Source: Vicugna vicugna
Taxonomy: Eukaryota
Direction of reading: 5' to 3'
NCBI GenBank assembly: GCA_013265495.1
Contig: MU058815.1
Span: 380,523-444,522, forward strand
Length of the DNA stretch: 64,000 bases
Shown in pieces: positions 13,239-26,645 of this stretch. Position numbers and translations under genes: made by a program. The first letter of the stretch is position 1, and each line of letters opens with the position of its first letter. The notes beneath the pieces were generated by a model. That model was not told the origin of the DNA. It did no database searches and worked only from the letters and a program-made list of their open reading frames with translations.

Positions 13239-14940
13239 TGTGCCCATCAGACGCAGCCTGAAGGTTTACCTAAAAGTTCCACTGGAGTAACAGCTCTGAC
13301 TCCCACGGGGCTCAAAATAAACACAGTCCTAATAAAACCCGATAGCGTGGGCTCTGCCTTGAGGCCACTTTACAACGTGACCAAGCCCTCCGCCAGGAAA
13401 TGACGGCTTTCTCAGCCGGGCAGAAGAATGCGCTCTGCCTTATGTCTGAGCACACGCGTCAGGCGGGCGGGGGCCGGGAGGAGGCGGAGGGGCCCGCGCA
13501 GGTCTGAGCACAGGGACAGAATGTCGGAGGCCCGGAGGCCCTGCAGAAACACGGCCCCTTCGGTCTCCAGGCCGCCCCCCTGCTGGAAGCAGCCTCAAGC
13601 CCTGCCCTGCCGAGGCCTCCCCCTCCTCCAAGGCGGCCAGCCCGGCTGGTTCAGGGAGAGCCTTTTGCTAACAAAAGCCAAGAGGTGCCTCGTTTACCAA
13701 GTATGGGTAACACACAGCCTTGTATCTTACTCATGCTAAGCTCCGTTTCCAGAGGCTTCTCTAAGACATCTGCAACTTCACTGCACTGGGGCATCAGCTG
13801 CAGGGTTCCATCGCTACCCACCGCCCCAACCTGCCATTCCGTACCCTGAAAAGCCACAGCAGTAAGAACAACATGCTCAGCACCTCAGGGGCTGCCCTGG
13901 CACGCTGCAGGGTGAAGTTCCAGACACGTCTCTCCATCACCAGCCGGGAAACGCATCCCCAGGGTTGCTCCCGACACGTAGCCGCTAGCTCAGGAGCCCA
14001 CGGCATCTTTTGGTAAGATCCGTGATAACAGTGAACGACGTCCCTGGTCCCTGCAGGCAGACCCACAGAGGCAGGAGAGGGAAAGACTGCAGACGAGGGC
14101 ACCCGCGACCACGGGAGGAGGCCGAAGGACACATGTGGAGACTGAAGCCTGGCCCCTTGGCGGCGAAACTGCCCACCAGCCTAGGAAGGACGCCTCGTGA
14201 GACCTGTTTTTCAAGAAGATGCTACAAAGACACTCTCCACGGATCTGTCCTCTGCATGGCCTTCCCCTCCCAAAGGTGACCGCTTCTCGACTTCTCAACA
14301 CCACAGCAAGGCCCTTGAGGTCATCACTGCCCCACTTCTCTGTATACTTCTGCCACGTCCATTGTTTGTAGGTTTAAGAACAACAGTTCTGCATGTGGAA
14401 TCCCACAGGCTCGCTGCGGCTTCCTTCTCCGGTCTGACCATCCCAGTGGGGGGGGTCCGCCCACAATGTCATGTGTGGCTCAAGTGTTCCTCTTCTACTG
14501 CCATGTACAGCGATGCTAAGGACATCCTGGGCCAGGTCTCCTGTGTGCACTGCCGTGAGGATGCAGGGGCCAGATGCAGGAGCCGCCCTGCCCGGGGTCT
14601 GCTGCTGCTCACGGGATGCCCACCTCATGGTGCGTTTCGGAACTTCTCAGAGCCTGTCTGATCTTCACTGTCTTCGCAGCCTGTCTGATTGTGAATCACA
14701 AGTTGTGGCAAGGACTACACAGGCACTCGGTGCGCGGGGTGAGAGCTGGGACACTCTTCCGGAGGCCAAAGAGGGAGAGTCTCTGGACCAAAGTCTCTTG
14801 TCGCCCTTGGTTGCACCCAGGTCTCCTGGGCCTCCCTTCCCAAGCAGCTGTCTCAGGAAAACCCACCCCACTAAGTACTTACTGAGGCCCTACTCTGTGC
14901 AGAACGTGCACACCAAACACCTACTTCTGTTCAATCACGA

Positions 14941-15100
14941 CAGTGGCTCTTAACCTTGGCCACACTTTAGAACCCCGAGAGGACTTTGAAACAGTACACA
15001 TTCCCCAGACCACACCCAGGACCGATGGACTCAGAGCCTCCGAGCACGCAGAGGGACCAGCAGACTCCGAAGGTGATGGCCACTGAGACGGTCCAAAGGG
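14941..15100. mobile_element. MER5A-like hAT-Charlie MITE
   Basis: Starts cagtggctcttaaccttggc; internal ccacacccaggaccgatggactcagagcctc. Confidence 0.6.
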
Positions 15101-17671
15101 AGAATTCACACAGCGGGCTGAAGGCGTCCCAATGCCTTGGTCCTCTCCCACCTCCCCTTGGATCTGGGTGGGCTCCCTGGCTGTGCTGACCCGAAGAATA
15201 AGACTAAGTGACCCTGTGCCACTCCCAGGCCCAGGTCTCATGAGCCTGCAATCTCTGCTTCCAGGCTTCCAGAACTGTCCCCCAGGGACCCTGAACCACC
15301 AGGTGAGATGCCACCTGCGCCAGGCTCCCTCACTCCTGGGGAAAGAGACGGGCGTCCTCGGCAAGTCTGGGCTTCCAGGCTCCCCGCCCAGGACACCCCA
15401 GGCCACCTGAGTGCTGCCCCTCGTTCCGTGTGTCTGCTCTAAGGCAGTGGACTGATGCTGTACTTAAAATTTGGGTGATATTTATTTGCAACTCCAGTTA
15501 ATGTTTGTTTCCAGAGGAAAGAAGTTACAATGGTTGAAGACGACTGGATTTGAGAACCATCAGGATAAAATTCACAAAGTCATTTTTCTTTAGGAAATGT
15601 GTGTCCAAGAAAAACTATTTAAAAAGTTCATTTCAGATTAAAAAAAATATTATATATGTTATTAAATCTTTCGTTAAGAATCTCTATTCTGCAATGTTTC
15701 CTGGTTATATGTACATATGTATATCACAACCACCCAGCGAAACCAAAAATTGTAACAGTTTAAAAAAATCACTAAATATTACAAGCTGAGGCTTAACTGT
15801 TTAAGTAAGAGGGTAAGGGAGAAAAACCTGGCTGTGTTACAGCAGACCTCTCCACCCCTGCACGTTTTACGAACACCATCCAAAGGTGAGAGATGCGGAG
15901 GGGCTTGGGGAGGGGGCCGATCAATTAAAGGGTCGGCAGTTACCCTCAAAGGCGCCCCATAAATTGTTCATTTCCCAGCTGTCTCATTTTCAAGATGTTT
16001 AAACTGTTTTAAAAGGAGAGGAAAGATTCCAAATGTGCGCAAGAAAATTTCTTAAGGCTCAGGGTTCTTAGACTGATTTACACACGTTTGGCAAATAGCA
16101 CAAAACAAAAAAAAGCTTCCTCAGCACTGTTGTAGGTTTAAGCGATTCCCCCCACACCCTGATTCCTGAACAACAAAGCAGAAGTGAAAGAATAAGAAAT
16201 GCAGATTAACGTGGCCCTTGCTCACACATTCTAACTGGAACGTGCAGGGTTGTTTTTTTTTTAATCTCAAATGATTGTTTTCCCTGTCAAACTGCCACAT
16301 GAAATACACATTTCAGGGAAAGCAGAAATCACCCAGTGTTCCCACTGCCCTCACAAGACGGGTTTCACACGGGCACGTGTGGGCTCTTCCCGCCTCGTTC
16401 ACGAGTGTATTTTGAGATTTACGGTTTATTAGGAAGTTGACATCTTTCGCGTACGCCTTAACCTGAGCACACCTGATGTGCATAATGCTCCCTCTGGCCT
16501 CTAAAAAACTGTGTCCGCTGCAACTCCTAATAGAGGGAAACAGCAGCCCGTTGAAAAGCTCAGCTATGCCCAATGGCTCGTAAAGGCAAGTTAAACCAGG
16601 TGGTCCGAGGCCGTCCGGGGACAGAGCAAGCCACCCAAACCACAAGCTTGAGGCTGGATTAACCCGAAGGCTCAGAGGGAAGGTGTCAGGCCAGCCCATC
16701 GGGAGCTCCTGCTGGCTGGGGGGCCCACCTGGTGCAGAATTCGGCTGCAAGGCGTCTCCTCCAAACTCCCCTGGACCGGCACCCCTGGCCGTGGGTGGGC
16801 TGCGAGTACCCCCCCTCACGTCTGCAGTCCTTCCCCACTCTCCTCTCACCTGCAACATTCCAGAACCACCACCCAGTCCCGCCCGCACCACACCCTCTAC
16901 CTGGTCTCCCTTGTTCATAAATCACCTTTCTATGACACAAGACACAAAAACACTCAGAGATCCAAACCCGGGGGTTGGGGGGTGGGGGTTCCAGTCTGAT
17001 TTAGGACCTCGAATGCAAAAATAATTCTCCACTTCTGAGCTGATCAGCAGCAGCCCGGGGCCCATTCCCCACCTGGGCGCCCAAGGTGACAACCACTGCC
17101 TAACTCTGTCTTTTTTGGAGTGGGGGGGTGGGGCTGGGCTCTCGGGGGCAGAGGCCCCAAGCGGTGAGAAAATGTGATCGACCTCACCAGGCCCTCTTAA
17201 AAGAGCAAAACAAGCATTGTGTGTTTACGCACTTAACCATGACACATGGTATGAATTTTCTTGAAACCCCGCATTCATGAAAGCAAACGCTCCACTCTGG
17301 AGTTTGCAGTAAAAGGGCACGAGGAGCAAGCAAATCCTTTTTCAGCACACGGTGGAAGCCGGCTGCGGCAGAAACCGGAGAGAAGGCTTCTTTGTGAGCT
17401 CTGCAGGAAAAGTGGACACGTTTCACTCTGGTTGAAGGAAAAACCTCATAACCGATCCTGGGCAGAGAGTCAAAAGGACGTAAAAATAAAGACATTCGGA
17501 GCACGAGGCCCCTGGCACCTCCAGGGCACAGCTAACCACGCACACACCGACCAGCGGAACGATGTGACAAGGTGAAGGGCGGGCGTCCCGGGGGTGCGGG
17601 GGGGGAGGGTTGGGTTTCTTTTCTTTTTACCAAAACACCTCCTCCAGCAGCCAATGTGGCCAGACGGGAGC

Positions 17672-17778
17672 CTGTGTGCCTTTCTGAGTCTGCGTGTCTG
17701 TGTGTGCATCTGAGTCTGTGTCACTACGTGTATCTGCATGTGTGCGTGCATCTGTCCGTGTCTGTGTGTCTGTCTATC
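17672..17778. repeat. Degenerate (TG)n tract
   Basis: gcgtgtctgtgtgtgcatctgagtctgtgt...tgtgtgtctgtct. Confidence 0.8.
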
Positions 17779-18183
17779 TGGGGAGGATGGCATCAGGGGT
17801 CTGAAAGCCTCTCTTCTCAGCTGATGCCACAACACTACCTGGAGGTCAAGACAGGGTTAATAAAGGTTCCCCTCTCACCCACCTTTTATTTTAGGATGCA
17901 ACATGAACTGTGTTCCTTTTTTTTTTCCACAAGCAGGTTTCTCTCACTTGCTCACAAAAGGCCTTGGTGATTTAAAGCAATCTCCTAAGCTACCTGTTTC
18001 TCCTGGCGGCACCAATGCTTTTTAGAAGCTCTTCCACCAGACAGATGTTAATGAATTCTCGAGGCCTCAGAATGTGTGTGTGTTGGGGGGGGTGCCCAAT
18101 TTTGGAACATCTCACAACAGGCCCTAAGACAGTCCCCGCCAGGACCAGCTGAGGCCAGGAGCTCTTCAAGAAAGTTGATTTTA

Positions 18184-18386
18184 TTTTTTATTTTAAAAAA
18201 GAATTTGTATGAAGTATAGTCAGTTTACAATGCTGTGTTTATGTCTGGCATACAGCACAGCGATCGGCTATACACGTATACATACGTATCTATTCCTTTA
18301 TATATTCTTTTTCATTATAGGCTATTACAAGGTATTGAATATAGTTCCCTGTGCTGCACAGTAGGTCCTTGCTGTTCATCTATTTC
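18184..18386 (-). mobile_element. L1 3' end, short 5'-truncated insertion with TSD
   Basis: gaagtatagtcagtttacaatg...ggctattacaaggtattgaatatagttccctgtgct; TSD tcaagaaagttgatttta (18166-18183) / tcaagaaagttaatttta (18387-18404). Confidence 0.92.
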
Positions 18387-18679
18387 TCAAGAAAGTTAAT
18401 TTTAAAAGACCGGGCTCATTGGTTTCTTTAAAGTGGTAAGATTTTACATCCAGCGACGAAGTGATTCTCAAGTAAGAGATGTCTGCAAACATCCCTATTC
18501 ATTTCCACACAAGAGCCTTGAGCGGGGGATGCTCCCAAGTGGCCCCGCTCCTCCCCTCTGCCCCTGGGGTCGCTGTCTGAGCTCTCTCGACGACTAACTC
18601 TCCTCCAAACTCAAGCTCTTCCACATTTCAGCCTCCAAATCTGCCCCAACGACTCTCAGAACTGGCCTGGTTCCTGCCG

Positions 18680-19700
18680 GCGTTCCAGGCCTTCGGTGTT
18701 CCAGCTCCCGGGCGGGACCTCCTGGGGCCAGGAGAGGCTCGGACACCACGCCCGACGGGCTGCCTCTCCCTAAGTGCTCGCGCGTTTTCCTCCACCGTCT
18801 GTCCAGGCCCTGGCAGCAGGCATCTGAGAGCCCCTCTGTCCGCCCTTCCAAAGGGACGACAGCGCACCTTCCCCAGGGCCAGGCAGCACGGGCCCCGCGG
18901 GGCCGGGCCTCTCGCTGTATCCTCGGTAACACTCCCCGCTCGCGCACCCCGGTGCAGTCCGAGTCTGCTCAGCTGATGCTAAACGAAGAAGAGGGAGGGA
19001 AGGAAGGGGCAGGAGAAAGGCGAGGGACGGCACAAAGACGAGAAACTGAGACAACACGTTTTTTCGCAAGACGGATAGTCGGTGTTGGGGAGGATTTTTG
19101 AGTCTTCCTCCTCCCCCGACTTCTCCAGCAGACCCGCTCCTCAGCCCGCGTGAGGATCTGCTGTGGTTACTACCGGCCAGTGCAAGCACCCCGGGTGTCG
19201 GACGCCAGCCCGTTTAATCCCCGTGACCCCACCGTCACCCCACGGAGCAGCGGGGGACCCCGAGCCTTGCGCCCGCAGGCTGGGACCGCAGCGCCCGCTC
19301 CCAGCCCTGCCCGCGAGCCCCTCCCGCGGGAGAAACCCACCTGAGGCCGGGCCACGGCCACCTCTCTCCCCTTCCTCATCACCTAGGGACAACACAGCCA
19401 GCCCGTTTCTAATGGCCCGCAGCTTCCCTGAATCCAGGACAACAAGGAGAAACAGCCCATTTTGCCCAGATGGTCAGTTCGGGACATTTCAACATCTTCA
19501 CTCCCTGTTGAGGGGCTCAGGACGGAGCTGGGCTGGGACCCGGACCCAGGCCCGAGAAGTGAGGAGATTGGGAGCGCCCAGCACCTCGCGGGAGGGCAGA
19601 GGTGCCAGGCTCCCACTGCCGCCCCGATCCCAGGACCCAGGCGCTCCTGCGCCACCGGCCATGCGTCTGCTCAGCCTGGAGGTCCCCAAGCTACCTGCAC
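18680..19700. promoter_or_regulatory. CpG-island-like region, candidate alternative promoter or exon
   Basis: Non-repetitive, very GC-rich and CpG-dense (cccgcggggccgggcc, gcgcccgc, cccgcgagcc); CpG o/e not computed. Confidence 0.7.
18868..18978 (-). other. Candidate exon (111 nt) within the CpG island
   Basis: Very long polypyrimidine tract ...ccttccttccctccctcttcttcgtttag acceptor; donor AAG|gtgcgc; no recognisable peptide. Confidence 0.35.
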
Positions 19701-20211
19701 GCGGCTGGAGGGAAGAGGCCCAGACAGGGTAGAGTCAGCTCAGGCTCCCAGCCCCCTGGGCAGTGGGGCGGCATCCTTTCACGGCCCGTTCCTTCCCGTC
19801 CCGTGGACCGAGGTGCTCGTGTGCCTGCTGGTGGAGCCCACCCTCCCCTCTGAGAGGGCCTTCAGACCATGCTTTTCCGACTGACATTCAGAAGTGTTTG
19901 CAGGGAGACTATGAATTTGAAGGACAACCTGGTATGAGACTGGGACCATCGGGGGGGGGGTGGTTACGTGGGCACTGCAGGGAGCACCTACAGTTCCCCA
20001 GGGAATTGTGGAACAAGCAGAGGGTGGCCGGGGGCCCGCAGAAGGGGCCGTGGGCTGGTGGGAAGACCCTGACCACAGGCACGGGGATACACCTGGCTCG
20101 CATCCAAGGGGAGCACGCCACACTCCCCCAGAGAGAAACAGGGTGCAGGAGTGGGCCAAAGGTCCACACGGCCCCATCAAGACAACCCATTATCCCAGAT
20201 TTACTGGTTGC

Positions 20212-20365
20212 TTTTTTTAAAAATCTTTACTGTAGTATGGTTCCTGTACAGTAAACTACACATGTATCAGACGTGCAATTTGATGAATTTTAATAATGTA
20301 TATACACTCATGAAGCCACCACCACAATCGAGACAGCTAACATTTCCCTCACGCCCCAAGAGGTG
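20212..20365 (-). mobile_element. Old L1 (L1MB/MC/ME-type) 3' end
   Basis: acagtaaactacacatgtatc...gtgcaatttgatgaattttaataatgtatatacactcatgaagccaccaccacaatc...aacatttccctcacgcccca. Confidence 0.75.
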
Positions 20366-20826
20366 CAATTTTCAATTTATCCCTTCCTACCCTCTTTGCT
20401 CCCTAGTAACCATAAGTTTGCCCTCTGCGTCTGTGAGTCTGATTCTGTTTTGTAGGTAAGTTCATTTGTGTCCTTTTTTTTAAGATCCACATATGAGCAA
20501 TATTATATGGCATTTTTCCTTCTCTGTCTGACTTACTTCACTTAGAATGACGATCTCCAGGTCCATCCATGTTGCTGCAAATGGCATTATTTTATTCTTT
20601 TTATGGCTGAGCAGTATTCCATTGTATACATATACCATATCTTCTTTATCCAATCATCTGTCAATGGACATTTGTGTTGCTTGCATGTCTTGGCTGTTGT
20701 ATAAAGTGCGCTATGAACATTGGGGTGAACGAGTCTTTCTGAATTATATTTTTCTCCAGCTATGTGCCCAGGAGTGGGACTGCTGGATCATACAGTAAGT
20801 CTCTTTTTAGTGTTTTAAGGAACCTT
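20366..20826 (-). mobile_element. Younger L1 ORF2 end and 3' UTR
   Basis: tctgacttacttcacttagaatgacgatctccaggtccatccatgttgctgcaaatggcattattttattc, antisense to the L1 at 50.8-51.5 kb. Confidence 0.92.
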
Positions 20827-23209
20827 AGTCCCCTACACAGTACATCCTGACAGCCCACAGTCCCTGTGAGAAATGCTGATCCAGCCTCTGCCCCACTGCC
20901 GTAAGCTGGCTCCACTTAACAGCTACCAAGTCCAAGCCCCCCACCCCAGGCTGTATGTCCTTCTACGTGTCCGTCAATGTCCGTATGTAATAAGCCCACG
21001 GGGCAGACAGGAGCCTGGAACACCGGCCGCCATCCTTCTCCCTCCCTGCCCCACGTCCCCGACACTCCAGCCCCCCCACCCCAGACACCTGGCGGAGTTC
21101 ACCTGTTATCCCCGTCCACCGATGGAGCTGCTTCCAAGCAGGTGCCAGTTCTGACCCACCCTGACTACAGGCAGCACGGGCTCCCTGGACAGAAACCAAA
21201 AGCTGGCAGATGAGACCCCACCTGAGGGGAGGAGGGCGGAAGGCTTGCGCTGGACCAAGGATGGGCGGGACGAGACGGGAGCCCAGGAGGTGTGGGTGCA
21301 GGGCCACGGTCGGCCCCTCCGCCCCAGGCATGTTTTGCTCTCCACCTCGCCTACCAGCCGCCACCAGGAGGAAATCAGCCTCCTGCCCCAAATCCACACC
21401 TGAATGAAGGCATTCAGAGGCCTCCTCACTTGCGGAGAGAAGCCGAGGGATGCGGTGACTTCACCCCGAGGGGGAGCGCTGAGCAAGCCCAGAACGGGGA
21501 CTCAGAGGCGGGAGCACGAGGCTGTCCACACCTCTCGCCCCATCGCCACCTCCCTGCAGACCCGCGTCCTTTCAACAGCCACTCGCTGGCACTAAAGGCC
21601 TTCCGCAGAGTCTCCTTCTGAAATGTTTTTCCTCCCCGGGGTGGGGGAGGAAGAAGCGAGGGGTCCTGACCACTCTGAACCCCCCAGAGCCAACAGCATA
21701 AATCAGATGGTGTGTTTTAGCATTTCAGGGCGCAGGAAATGGTGCTCCAGCTAAGCTCCCTGCCGTTTCTTAAAGTGATTATTTTGATTTAAACCGCTGC
21801 CTGGTGGCTAGACTTCCAGCTACCCGCTTCAGGCCGTTGGTCCCGGCAGCCGGGAGCACAAAGAGACACTGTTGGCGGGTCCCAGGCCTCCTCCGGGAAG
21901 GCGTGGGGGGCTCGGGGCTCCGCTCCCTCCACAGACGGGCACTTGTTCCTCGCCCGAGGGCGCCGCCACCGCCTCCTTCTCTCCCGATCGCTGTCACACA
22001 CGCTGCGGTTTTACTCGAGATCCGTGGGCTGTCTGCAACATCGCAGTTTCTCTCAGCATCTGGACAAAACCTCGCTGCCACCAGAACCCGGCGGGTCAGG
22101 AAGGTGGAAAGGGAAACCAGCACCCGGGTGAAACCACTGGGGCCCAAAAGGCCGTGGCGAGGAGTTCTTCTCCATCCTCTCAGCCGTCACCCCGCGGGTC
22201 AGGGTGGGAGGGGGAAGGAGGGAAGGAATAATTCCTGTATTTTTCACACATGTGTCCTGATTTAAAGCATCCGTGTCATGGTTTGCAAAATATTGCCAGA
22301 CAAAGCAAGATGAGTCCATGATACAGTCTGAAATCATGAACCCCATCAAAACTAGGGGAAGCAACAGCGACCTGCTGGCCTGGGGACCATTCCTGATTCT
22401 CTGCCCTCTCCAAGCCACGCAGCTGCCCTCCTCACTTCTGAGATGCTCGGGCCAGGACAAGGATTGCTTTCTCAGCAACGGCCCTCTGTCCAGCAACACA
22501 AGGACACCCGCTGGGGGTAGGGGGGGCCCGGACCCCGTCCCCCCAGCAGCCCTCACCTCCGATGTCTAGCCTGGGAGCCCAGAGTCAGAGCCAGTTTGCA
22601 GGGCGCCAGGCCCTGACTCACTCGGTAATCTCTTCTGGGCAGCGAGAAGGCACGGCTGCAAGGCCAGGCCTCCCCCCACATCAGAGCTAACTCCGCTCAA
22701 AGCAGTGCTGACGTTCACAGAAACATCCATCCTGGAAAACCATCTTTCTTCTCATCACCATTTAATTCTTACTCAAAACCCACCTGACAAACACATGGGA
22801 ATTCCAGATGAGTGTATTTCCAGTGCTAACCCCCCACCTTGATGCGCGGATTCAAATGAACATACAACCATGCTGTTCGCACCAGGAAGGATCCTTTTTT
22901 TTTAAACAAAATTAAACAATTGCTTTTTATTTAAAGCACAAAGTGCAAGAACCCCATACATGAGATTTTTTTAAAACATACACACAATTTTTTCTATTTT
23001 CAATGCCTCCAAACCATGTGATAGGGCACTGTATGTGCAGCTTGCTCCTGGGAGGGTCAGAGGGAAGAAAAGTTCCTCATCCCATTCTTACCAAGGTTCT
23101 GAACTCCTTCAAAATTTTAAAAAATAAATCTCCACATAAATACCTATTTTATCCTAAGATCAAACCAAATTAATGTCACCAAGAATGAGCCTCAATCAAC
23201 TAGACTGGG

Positions 23210-23350
23210 GTACAATTTACACACAGTAAAAAGCACCCATTTTAGGTGCACACCTTGGTGAGCGCCAGCAAACAGAGACAGTGATGTGAGTGCCACCACG
23301 AGCAGGTGGCAAAGGCAGTGACCGCAGCGAGCTGGCGTGAAAACTGCTCC
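23210..23350 (-). mobile_element. Old L1 3' end fragment
   Basis: ggtacaatttacacacagtaaaagcacccattttaggtgcacac. Confidence 0.6.
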
Positions 23351-23559
23351 AGGCCGGGTGACTATGGTGTCGGCTCCCCAGGGTGGTGGGGTGACGGGAG
23401 CCTAGACCTTTGCATTTTCTGCCCCCTTGCCTTGTAGGGAAGAGGCGACACATTCCCCTCTCTCCCCCGGAAAACCCATGATCCCAGTGTCAACTGGTTC
23501 AGGGACAGAGCTCATGTGTGACGAACTAGGGGCCCGAGGGTGTCAAGACATCCCCAAGA

Positions 23560-23770
23560 AAAAGTGCCTATCGGACACCAGGCCAAGCACAGTGCACAGA
23601 GCCGTGGGGCTCAAGCAGGTCTCCCAGAAGACGGAGGGAAGGGCAGGCCAGGCCAAGGGAACAGCATGTGCAAAGGCACCGAGGCACAAAATGGCATGGG
23701 GTGGGGGCGGGGAACGGAGAGGCTGGGAGGAGCATCCAGGCAGGGAGGCAGCAGCTGTGCAAAGAGTCTG
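23560..23770 (-). mobile_element. L2 fragment
   Basis: gggaacagcatgtgcaaaggcaccgaggc is a characteristic L2 block. Confidence 0.6.
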
Positions 23771-24217
23771 GGCATGACCCCTCCTTCCCACAAGTATTCT
23801 GGGGCTGCTGTGGCCATCCATGACAGCCCCCCGAGCCCTGTCCCCACAATCGAGGAATGAGATGAGATGCAAGGAGTCACACGAGCCAGCCCTGTGAACG
23901 GCTGGGCCCTGGAAGGGAGCACTGCCCCACCCAAACAGGCTCCACGCCAAGGGCTCCAGTGGTGGGGGGCGCAGTACCTGACCCCTGGGGGAGGCCCCTT
24001 TGCCTCCCTCCTGAGCCCTTTCACTCAGTCAAAGGCCTGTGTTAAACTCAGCTCCGGGAGGTCCCTTCAGGGCCCAACTTACTGCTAAGTGCTCAGTACT
24101 CGCTAGGGCCTATGCCCGACTCCTCTGGGCAACGCACCCAAAAATGGAAGACTGCACCCCCATGCCCCGCAGAAGACCGAATGTGCCCCCTGGAAAGGGT
24201 TCCCAAACCAAATCCCC

Positions 24218-24580
24218 CCGTCCCAGTCAGCTCAGGCTGCCACAGCAAAACAACACAGACCGGACGCCTGAACAACAGACGTTTACTTCTCTTGGTTCTG
24301 GAGGCTGGGGGTCCAGGATTAAGGTGCCAGCAGATTCAGATCCTGGTGAGCACGCTCCTCCTGGCTTCCAGACAGCTGTGTCCTCAGGACAGAGAGAGCG
24401 CGTGCTGTTGTCTTCTCCTCTTCTCATAAGGGCGCTAACCCCACTGCAGGGCCCCGCTCACATGACCTCATCTAAACCCCATCACCCCCCAAAGGCCCTG
24501 TCTGCAAACACCGTCACTCACACTGGGGGTCACGGCTTCAGCATGTGGATTTGGGGAGACACAGACCTTCAGTCCACAGC
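24218..24580 (-). mobile_element. MaLR solo LTR, MLT1A/A0-like
   Basis: aacaacagacgtttacttctcttggttctggaggctggg...aaggtgccagcagattc...atgacctcatctaaacc...ggggagacacagaccttcagtccacagc. Confidence 0.9.
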
Positions 24581-25559
24581 CCCCCTACAGAGGCAGGCTC
24601 CAAGGACGCCAGGGGAGATGGTGTGAGGGGCAGCAGGCAAGGCGACAGTGCCTGGCTTTACGCAGAAGTGTGGACAGACAAGACCCAACGCTTTGCTACA
24701 TGGCGTCTCTTCCCCAGAGCTGCTTCCCTCATTCCGTGTGGGGTGCGCCGAGGGTCGGGGTGGAAGATCGGGAGGGAACACCCCCAGCCCACGGTGGACC
24801 CCGCTCCTTCCACCCAACGGGGTGTTGCTGAGCAGGAAGTCATCCTTCACGTCTCTGCTGCCACCAGAAACGGCACTCCCCGGGGCTCGAGTTCCGCCCG
24901 GCTGGACGCAAGAGCCTGTCTTTGATCTTGAAAGCAGCACGCAGGCTCCTTCGGCAGCCCTGGAAGCACACGGGCACTGGCCGCGGCAGAGCTCCCGGGC
25001 TCGCAGCCCCCACCCGGCGGTGTCGAACGGCCTCGAAATGGAAAACAGATGAGGCTTTTAAAGAAGACGTTATTTATACTGTGGAATCTCTCAGAGCAAG
25101 CAGAAACTTGAGGTTTATCACCTGGGGCACAAAACCAGTGACACCCGCGTCTTCCCACACTGAAGGGACGGATGTGTTTTATGGAAAATAAAACAAGGAG
25201 ATGTGTGCATTTGATTCTCTTTCTTGATTTCTTTTTTTTACCCCCAATAACGGATGCATGTCAGTGCTCACGATCGGGGGCGGGGAATGCCCTTCAAGGA
25301 GCCGGGAGGCGGGCTCTTTCCTGAGAATCCCCACAAAGGTCAGGATTAACAGGGAGACACGTCTATGGTGATGAAACCCGGGGGAGAGAGGCTGTACCCA
25401 ACTCCGCGGGCTTTTCAGAAAGGGGTGGACGTCGGTGTGGCTCCCCATCCCGAGACGTGAGGCGGTGGGGACTTGGACACGGGGGGCCTCTGCTCGGGGC
25501 CGGCCAGTTTCCTTACCCGTCTGCCTGTTATTATATTAATTTTATTTTTCCCCCTGTTA

Positions 25560-26100
25560 TTATGAATCTTTCTTTTTCAGAATTATCTTGGCCCTTCTTT
25601 CTAATTTTCAATTCTACATAGACTTCAGCAACAAGTCAAATTCTGTAAAATAATTCGCCAGGGCACCGGGTGGAACCGTATTAAACTCATGCGTTAATTT
25701 CAAGAGGCCTGATCTGTCTGTAAAGCTGCTTTCCCGTCCAGCAGGTGGACTTCCCAGTTACGTTCATCTTCACGTCCTTCAGTGACGTCGTGGAGCTGCT
25801 GCAACTTTCTTACTAAGGTCACTCCAGGGTCTCTGGTTGGTTTTGTTGCTGTTGTGAACAGGATTATTTCCCATCACGCGTTCTCTGAGGTTTTTTCTTG
25901 CAAGTAAATAAAAATGAGTTGATCCGGGATCCAGCCAGCTTGCTGCGTCCCCTTATTACTCCTAAGATGTTCAGTTGAATTCCCTGCATTTTCTATATAT
26001 AGAAAATTGAAACAACTGCAGTTAATTTTTGTTGCATCGCTTTCAAAAAATGTATACTTAATGTTGGCTTCATTTAACGCTGTCTTGGAGAAATTTGGCA
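25560..26100 (-). mobile_element. Old L1 ORF2 fragment
   Basis: ctttttcagaattatcttggccc, ttttgttgctgttgtgaacagga and gatccagccagcttgctg are antisense L1M ORF2-like blocks. Confidence 0.65.
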
Positions 26101-26124
26101 CTTTAAAACCTTCTAGTCTTCTGG

Positions 26125-26290
26125 GTTTTTTTTTTTCACTCTTTTAAATTTTATTTTTTTATTTTTTGGGGGGTTTATTTATTACGTTTATTTATTTGTT
26201 TGTTTGTTGAAGTGGAGGTACTGGGGATTGAACCCAGGACCTTGTGCATGCCAATAAGCACAACTGAGCTGCACCCTCCCCACGCCCCCT
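26125..26290 (-). mobile_element. vic-1-like SINE
   Basis: Poly(T), then ggaggtactggggattgaacccaggaccttgtgcatgc...actgagctgcaccctcccc. Confidence 0.9.
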
Positions 26291-26645
26291 CCCCAGTGTT
26301 CTCGACACTAGTTTCACGTCTGTAATAATGGACGGGATTCTCACGCAACCACCCCACGTGCGACGGGATGCAAAGCAACGAATTCCATCCCAGGTGGTGG
26401 GGGAGGGGAGTGCAATCAAGATACAATATGGAATGGTCTCCTTGAAGAGGTGTCGTGGGCAGAATTTTATCCCCAAATGCAGGAAATGTAAGCACGTCGA
26501 AAAGGAGATGAAAAGAATTCAGTGGAAAGGGCAGGGTTACAAATACATGAATCAACACAAGGAGACGTGCGCGTCGAGGAGAAGGTGGAAAGGAATGGGG
26601 ACCGAAGTCAGTGGGGAAGTGTCCCTCAGAAAGGAACCTCTCCTG

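Noticed and set aside
16313..16918. 201-aa minus-strand ORF
   Set aside because: No recognised homology or splice support; likely a chance ORF
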